Assembly: GCA_963727845.1 (NCBI GenBank)
Contig: CAVSHI010000006.1
Span: 3,935 to 67,934 of the forward strand
Reading direction: 5' to 3'
DNA: 64,000 bases
Source: Ignavibacteriota bacterium
Lineage (GTDB): Bacteria > Bacteroidota > Ignavibacteria > UBA10030 > SZUA-254
In this document: positions 58,677-64,000 of the stretch, piece after piece
Numbering within the stretch: the stretch's first letter is position 1
Layout: the number at the start of each line of letters is the position of its first letter
The notes under the pieces: model-generated
What the model saw: the letters and a program-made list of their open reading frames with translations, nothing else
Database searches by the model: none
What the model was told of the DNA's origin: nothing
Made by a program: the position numbers and the translations under genes

Positions 58677-61442
58677 TCAAGGAGAGCTTCTCCGACCGAC
58701 GGCACGCCCTGACCGTTGAGCGACGTTGCGAGCACGTCGTAGGGCGCATCCTTTGTGGACTTCGACTTCCCGGAAATCGAGGAATACGTGATACTTGAAA
58801 GCGTCCAATTCGATGTACAATCCCTGATGTCGCAGCTCGCGGTCGGAACGGATGTACTCGAGTCCGGAGATGGCATCGCGAAAGATAGAATACAACCGGG
58901 AATTGTCGTTGAGACCGAGTCCATCGGCGAGTTGCCGTTGGATGAGCCCCCCTCCGGGGCCCGCAAATGCGACCGAAGTCTTGATCCATCCGGACGTATG
59001 GGTGAATCTGTTGTTGTACACGATCAGAGAACGCTCGTTATTGTATCGATTGCTGTAAGCGAAGACATCTTCGTTCACGATTCCCTCTTTCGTAAAGAAA
59101 TCGTAGAGCAAAAAGTTATCGACGTTGGCGAAAAGATGCCGTTTCTTGACCAATGGGAATATTTCTCTTTCATGGCGGTCAACGAGATGCCGATTGGGCT
59201 GTTCATCGTAGTAAGCGCGACGGTATTCCATTCCATATTTTTCGCCGAAGCCCTCGATCTGTCCGTGACCGAACATCGGAAGCCCTGGGAGGGTTACCAT
59301 GAGGACGCATACGCCGAAGTACTTGTTGTCTTTTCCAAACTGTGCAACCGCGGTTTCTTCGTCCGGATTGTTCATGAAGTTCACAAACCGCTTGAGGATT
59401 TGCGGATTGAATTCGAGGACATTCTTCATCACAGAGCGGTAGTTCGCGTTTTCTTCCTTTTTCAACATGTTCATGAACGCGCTGTTGTACACGCGGTGCA
59501 TGCCGAGGGTTCTCACGAAATATCCCTCCATCAGCCAGAATGCTTCCGCGAGAAGGAGTGTGTCGGGGGCTTCCTGCTGCACACGGTCCACGACTTCCCG
59601 CCAGAATTCCTGCGGCATCAATGAGTCAAGTTGTGCCCTTGTCATCGCGTAGGACGCGCGGGAAGGGATTGCCCCACCGGTGCCGGGTTCAGGAAACCAG
59701 AGTCGCTGAAAATGTTTCTTCGCGAGGGTCATTGCTGCATCGAAGCGAATCACCGGAAACAACCTGGCAACATGGAGGATCGTTTGTATGACTGCCTCAC
59801 GGACATCGGACCTGAGGAAGTTCAACTGTGCCGTGTCATTCCAGGGCATATGTGTGCCGTCGTTGCCGTGATACAGGTATTTAACATCTCCGGTCCAGCG
59901 GTCGAGGCGCTTGAAAACTACCGCCGCATCCGTTTTCCGCCAATAGCCATCCTCGATGAAGATACCGACGCGGTCGTTATCGCTGAGATCCGGTCCCGCA
60001 AACGTGTAGTTCGGGAAGGGGGGATAATCGCTTTGAACAAACCAGTCCGGATGGTTGATCACCCACGACGAATCGATTCCCATGTGATTCGGGACCATGT
60101 CACTCGCAAGGCGTATGCCTCGCCGGAAAGCCCGATCGCGCAATCGTTGAAATGCTTGTTCGCCGCCGAATTCAGGGGCGATGTCATAATTCAGGAGAGA
60201 ATACGCGGAGGCGAGAGCTTCCGGATTTCCTGAAAACCTCTTGATGCGTTCTGAAGCGCGACTTCGCTGCCAGATGCCGATGAGCCAGAGCCCTGTGATG
60301 CCGCGCCGGGCCAGGGCGTCGAGTTCCTCGTCCGGGATTTCATCAAGGCGGGAAATGCGGCGCTGGTACTGTTTACTCAGTTGATCGAGCCAGACAAATA
60401 TGTTCTTTGCAATGAGCACAAGCCGGGGCATCCAGTCAAGGTCGGTGCTAAACCTCTCCGGTTCAAACTCGTAGAGCGGGCCTGTGAATGAGGGCACGAT
60501 GGCGGATTCTTTGTCGCCGGCACCGAACTTGTTGAGGCGACCGAGCACGGGTTTTCTCAAGCGGTCGGCTTCGGCCTGAGCGCGCATCAGCAGGTATTTC
60601 CCTTCCTCCCGTATGAAATCCATCGCTCCCAGGAGTTTCGTCAAAAGTTGAGAGCCTGCAAGTATCGAAATCCAGTGCGTCTTTATGAATTCCAGTTGTC
60701 CCATGATCGAGTCGGGCGATGAAGCCGCGGGCGCAAGGAGCATCTCGATCAGAGGTTGATTCGCGGGTCCGTAACCGGGTTGCGTTCTGAAGAATGCCTT
60801 CGCCTTGCTGATTGCATTGTCATAGACAGTTCTTTCCGCGAGTTCACGGTCGTCAACGAGCTCGATAACCGACTGGAACGCGGGGTTTCGATTTTGCAGC
60901 CACACGAGGAACATCTCTTCGAGAGAGATTTGACGGTTCGGAATGCTGCCACTCCTGCCACGGAGATACTCAGCGGGTGATTCATCCTTCTTGTAAACTG
61001 AAAGAGGTGGAAATTCAATGGTCAATGTCTTCAGGAGGTCATCGAAGGGCTGAGCGCCCAACCCGGTCTTGAGGTCAATATCACATTTTGGCAGGACATC
61101 AGGATTGCGTTCCTGTCTGTAGCGGTCAATAACAAAGTGAAGGATTTCGTGCCAGAGCCCCATCGCATAGATCTCAGACGGCAGCACAAGGTCATTTGCT
61201 TCAGCACCCTTCGTCCGTCGCTGCTGATTGATATATTCGGCGAACATCTGGGCAGCCCGGAAGTTGGAGAGGACGAGATCTCCCTGGATTGAAAAGAACG
61301 TGTCTTTGAACTGGAATTCATCACGCGCACGGCGCGAGATGTGAAACTCGAATCGTTGTGCGCCGTTGTGACTTCTGTTTCGGGCAATTCCGCAATAAAT
61401 GGTGCTCATACCATGAAGAAAGTACGCAAGAAATGAAACCAA
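58677..61442 (-). CDS. cytoplasmic GH13 alpha-amylase-family protein (921 aa, region I motif DMVPNHMG); subfamily undetermined
   Basis: There is no signal peptide. The GH13 regions are GITGLWLIGIW (beta2); DMVPNHMG (region I); RFDAAMTLAKKH (region II); LLLAEAFW (region III); FVNFMNNPDEE (region IV). Confidence 0.75.
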   Translation of the reverse strand: MVSFLAYFLHGMSTIYCGIARNRSHNGAQRFEFHISRRARDEFQFKDTFFSIQGDLVLSNFRAAQMFAEYINQQRRTKGAEANDLVLPSEIYAMGLWHEILHFVIDRYRQERNPDVLPKCDIDLKTGLGAQPFDDLLKTLTIEFPPLSVYKKDESPAEYLRGRSGSIPNRQISLEEMFLVWLQNRNPAFQSVIELVDDRELAERTVYDNAISKAKAFFRTQPGYGPANQPLIEMLLAPAASSPDSIMGQLEFIKTHWISILAGSQLLTKLLGAMDFIREEGKYLLMRAQAEADRLRKPVLGRLNKFGAGDKESAIVPSFTGPLYEFEPERFSTDLDWMPRLVLIAKNIFVWLDQLSKQYQRRISRLDEIPDEELDALARRGITGLWLIGIWQRSRASERIKRFSGNPEALASAYSLLNYDIAPEFGGEQAFQRLRDRAFRRGIRLASDMVPNHMGIDSSWVINHPDWFVQSDYPPFPNYTFAGPDLSDNDRVGIFIEDGYWRKTDAAVVFKRLDRWTGDVKYLYHGNDGTHMPWNDTAQLNFLRSDVREAVIQTILHVARLFPVIRFDAAMTLAKKHFQRLWFPEPGTGGAIPSRASYAMTRAQLDSLMPQEFWREVVDRVQQEAPDTLLLAEAFWLMEGYFVRTLGMHRVYNSAFMNMLKKEENANYRSVMKNVLEFNPQILKRFVNFMNNPDEETAVAQFGKDNKYFGVCVLMVTLPGLPMFGHGQIEGFGEKYGMEYRRAYYDEQPNRHLVDRHEREIFPLVKKRHLFANVDNFLLYDFFTKEGIVNEDVFAYSNRYNNERSLIVYNNRFTHTSGWIKTSVAFAGPGGGLIQRQLADGLGLNDNSRLYSIFRDAISGLEYIRSDRELRHQGLYIELDAFKYHVFLDFREVEVHKGCALRRARNVAQRSGRAVGRRSSP

Positions 61443-61470
61443 AGCAAATCAGAAAAAATCGGTGGGACAG

Positions 61471-61521
61471 AACCTTCACAAGGTTTTCGATGTTTGTCCC
61501 AGGCTGAACCTTGTGAAGGTT
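61471..61521. other. hairpin with a 15-16-bp stem (GAACCTTCACAAGGTT ... AACCTTGTGAAGGTT) and a 21-nt loop in the intergenic region
   Basis: The perfect inverted repeat is visible in the sequence. An A-run (T-run on the minus strand) lies 12 nt away. Confidence 0.5.
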
Positions 61522-61553
61522 TGGCGGCTTCCCCCGGCCCCCTGCTAAGAACA

Positions 61554-61579
61554 TTCCCAAATGGAATTTGGGAACGAGC
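61554..61579. repeat. 26-nt palindromic element, family C copy 2 (reverse orientation)
   Basis: The sequence ttcccaaatggaatttgggaacgagc is the exact reverse complement of 13781-13806. Confidence 0.7.
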
Positions 61580-61694
61580 ATGGCCACGCACCTCCTCGTA
61601 CCATCTCCAGCGCACGCCCGCCAATTTCAATGCTCGATACAGCTGTCCCTAGTAGCGGAGAAGGCGGGAGGAGAGTCAAGGAGACGATTCTGTA

Positions 61695-64000
61695 TCACTC
61701 CTCCCAGTAAAACGGCGCCCGTAGCCGGGGATGATTGCCGATTTCGTTCATCGTCGCGCCATCGTACAACCTTCCGTTCTTCATGACGTAATGGATTGAC
61801 TCGCTGTTGCGGATATTTTCGAGCGGATTCTTGTCCATGACGATGAGGTCGGCCAGTTTTCCCGCCTCGAGCGAACCGAGATCGTTGTCGAGGCCGATAT
61901 ATTGCGCTCCGTACAGCGTTGCGCATCTGATGGCTTCCATCGGGGTCATGCCGCCCTGCGCCAGCATCCATAATTCCCAATGTGCCCCGAGTCCCTGGAG
62001 CTGCCCGTGCGCGCCAAGCTGAACCTTTGTGCCGGCGTCGAGGGCAGCCTTCACAGATCGTGAGTTGTCGATGTAGTTGAAGTCATCTTCTTCTGCCATC
62101 AACCGTCTGCGGGATCGCGCGTCGATGAGTTCCCGCGGGAAGAACTTGAGCAAACGTTCATTCTCCCAGACTTTTGTCTTCATGAACCAGTAATTCTCTC
62201 CCCACAATCCGCCGTAGCTGACAATCAGCGTCGGAGTGTAACCGCTCTGGCTTTTGCCAAAGAGTGTGAGCACATCTTTGTAGAGAGGAGAGACTGGAAG
62301 CGAATGTTCGATTCCCGTATGGCCGTCGAGTATCATCGAGACGTTCCAGAAGAACGTCGAACCGCCTTCGGGCACGACCATCATTTTAAGGTTGCGGGCC
62401 GCCTCAATGATTTGCTGGCGTTCATCGCGCCGCGGCTGGTTATAGCTTTTTACGGAGAACGCGCCGACCGCTTTCATGCGCCGGAGGTGAGACATGGCAT
62501 CATCAAAGTTGTTGATGATCGCTTTGAACGGCGCTTCGGCCCCGTATATAATTGTGCCGGTCGAATAGAGTCGCGGTCCTACAAGCATTCCGGCTTTCAA
62601 CAGCTCGGAGTTCGAAAATACCATTTCGGTGTTGGACGAAGGGTCGTGGGCCGTCGTGACGCCGAACGCAAGGTTGACGTAGTACGGCCAATGGGTCTGG
62701 GGAACGATATTGCTGCTTCCGGTTGGAATGTGCGCATGGACGTTGATGATCCCCGGCATGATGTATTTCCCCGCGACATCGAGTTTGTAGGCGTTCGCCG
62801 GAACGTGAATGCTCGAAGAGGGTCCCACGGCTTTAATACGGTTTCGCTCAATGAGTATCGTTGCATCCGGGATGACCTCATCGCCTTTCATGGTGATCAC
62901 GTTGGCTCCGACCAGGGCGATTGATCCGGTCGGGTTATCTGTCAATGCCGGGAAACTGATGTTGAGTCCTGTCGTATCCGGTTTTTCCTGCACGCTGTCC
63001 AAAGCGCCTTCGACGAATTTGAACGTGTTGGTCAGATCGCGGGAATACAGCTCCGGGCCGAGCGACCAGTGAAGCGTTCTGCTGTCGGGCGACCAGTGGA
63101 GATACGTGCCGGCATCCCGGGTAACCCGTTTGACCGGGTAGTCCGAGGTGCCCGGACCAATCATGACCGCCTGTCCGGTCTTGGGAAAAACCGCGATGTA
63201 TGCGTTGAATCGTTCAACGAATGCGACCCACTGCTCGTCGGGCGAGGGGACAATTTCTTCGGCATTGTCGGAGAGAAGGTGGACGCGCCGTTGCTCTCCG
63301 CTGAGCCCGACACTCACGAGCGCTGTTTTGTCGTTTTCACCGGAAAGGAGAAAAATCCCGTCGCCATTTTTGTTGAACATCGGCCGGGAGCCTTCTTCTG
63401 TGACGAGGGTTGCTTTGCCGCCCGAGGCCGGCATCAGGTAAACGCCTTGTTCGTGGGTGTATTCTTCGCCCCGGAGATTATCTCCGCCTATCCTCCTGAA
63501 AACGATTTTTGAACCGTCACGCGAAAATGCCGGTTCGACATAGTGTCCTTTGCGGACAGTCAGTTTCGTCTGGGATGAACCATCGGTCTTGATCTTCCAG
63601 AGAGAACCCAGCTCCTCGTCGTTCCATGTCGCGTAGACGATCCATTTGCCGTCGGACGAGAATGCGGGAAATAGTTCAAACCGTTTTTCATCGTTGGTGA
63701 GGCGATGAGGAGTTCCCTCCGGGAGGGATCGTATCCACAATTTGCCGAGAGCGTTATAGATAACGGATTTCTGGTCAGGGGAGACAGTCACCCAGCGCAG
63801 CATTTTGACATCGAATTTCTCCGGGGCGACCTCCTGGGGAAAACGGACTGCGTTAGTGATCGTCTGCCTGACATGCACCTTGAAAGGAATTTGCGTCGCC
63901 TCCTTCGTGCGCACATCGATCATCCAGATGTGACCTTTGGCTGATATAACGATGCGCTTCCCGTCGGGCATCCAGGAAAAGCCCGGATGGACGCCGAACA
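61695..64000 (-). CDS. amidohydrolase-family protein with an N-terminal TolB-like beta-propeller; the 5' end runs beyond the window
   Basis: It has beta-propeller repeats (DGKWIVYATWNDE; SRDGSKIVFRR). The amidohydrolase metal-binding motif is PGIINVHAHIP. The frame stays open to the window end. Confidence 0.7.
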   Translation of the reverse strand, partial: FGVHPGFSWMPDGKRIVISAKGHIWMIDVRTKEATQIPFKVHVRQTITNAVRFPQEVAPEKFDVKMLRWVTVSPDQKSVIYNALGKLWIRSLPEGTPHRLTNDEKRFELFPAFSSDGKWIVYATWNDEELGSLWKIKTDGSSQTKLTVRKGHYVEPAFSRDGSKIVFRRIGGDNLRGEEYTHEQGVYLMPASGGKATLVTEEGSRPMFNKNGDGIFLLSGENDKTALVSVGLSGEQRRVHLLSDNAEEIVPSPDEQWVAFVERFNAYIAVFPKTGQAVMIGPGTSDYPVKRVTRDAGTYLHWSPDSRTLHWSLGPELYSRDLTNTFKFVEGALDSVQEKPDTTGLNISFPALTDNPTGSIALVGANVITMKGDEVIPDATILIERNRIKAVGPSSSIHVPANAYKLDVAGKYIMPGIINVHAHIPTGSSNIVPQTHWPYYVNLAFGVTTAHDPSSNTEMVFSNSELLKAGMLVGPRLYSTGTIIYGAEAPFKAIINNFDDAMSHLRRMKAVGAFSVKSYNQPRRDERQQIIEAARNLKMMVVPEGGSTFFWNVSMILDGHTGIEHSLPVSPLYKDVLTLFGKSQSGYTPTLIVSYGGLWGENYWFMKTKVWENERLLKFFPRELIDARSRRRLMAEEDDFNYIDNSRSVKAALDAGTKVQLGAHGQLQGLGAHWELWMLAQGGMTPMEAIRCATLYGAQYIGLDNDLGSLEAGKLADLIVMDKNPLENIRNSESIHYVMKNGRLYDGATMNEIGNHPRLRAPFYWEE

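Noticed and set aside
58676-58966. First 97 codons of ORF 57818-58966 (MRAPEGGSSNGNSP..., Ser/Thr/Cys-rich)
   Set aside because: It is an out-of-frame read of the GH13 C-terminal coding region. The real start of the downstream ORF is ATG 58675, or the region belongs to the GH13 protein through a frameshift.

Overview
This 64-kb window is chromosomal DNA of about 55-58% GC from an FCB-group bacterium (Bacteroidota- or Ignavibacteriota-like). Evidence for that placement: three T9SS C-terminal sorting domains, a PorV-like gene, DUF5916 and DUF2723 proteins, an S46 peptidase, FCB-type TTTG/TAnnTTTG promoter-like motifs, and an ABC sugar transporter, which is unusual for classical Bacteroidota. 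I could support no rRNA, tRNA or CRISPR. The window has four gene blocks. (1) 1-13.7 kb encodes secreted exo-glycosidases on the + strand: a GH78 rhamnosidase (5' truncated), a 1034-aa glycoside-hydrolase-like unknown, a DUF5107/TPR protein, a DUF4091/GH123-like lipoprotein and a GH27 alpha-galactosidase with an NPCBM domain. A 1080-bp IS1595-family element has inserted into a palindromic repeat in this block. (2) 13.7-26.3 kb holds mixed genes (ArsR-DUF2087 regulator, DUF2007, hotdog thioesterase, DUF5916, DUF2723, MsrB, a YtpB/large-terpene-synthase-like protein, S46 peptidase). Its intergenic regions carry four families of hairpin/palindromic repeats. (3) 26.3-45.9 kb is the main candidate for a novel system. 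It is a co-directional, operon-like alpha-glucan utilisation locus that lacks SusC/SusD. It encodes a TonB-dependent receptor, a 1273-aa T9SS-sorted surface protein, a PorV/PorQ-like beta-barrel, a 717-aa T9SS-sorted protein with CBM-like repeats, a SurA-like PPIase, a periplasmic GH13, a second GH13 with a T9SS C-terminal domain, and MalEFG-like ABC transporter genes. (4) 45.9-61.4 kb covers glycogen and central metabolism: an esterase with a glucan-binding-like N-terminus, a phosphofructokinase with a GGDD motif, an AKR-ATP-grasp-glgC-glgA operon, and a pullulanase-type GH13, malQ and a large GH13 on the minus strand. A partial TolB-like/amidohydrolase gene ends the window. Four genes show apparent single-base frameshifts: the DUF4091-like gene, the IS1595-family transposase, the SurA-like gene, and the 921-aa GH13 with its downstream ORF. 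These are either assembly errors or pseudogenes.
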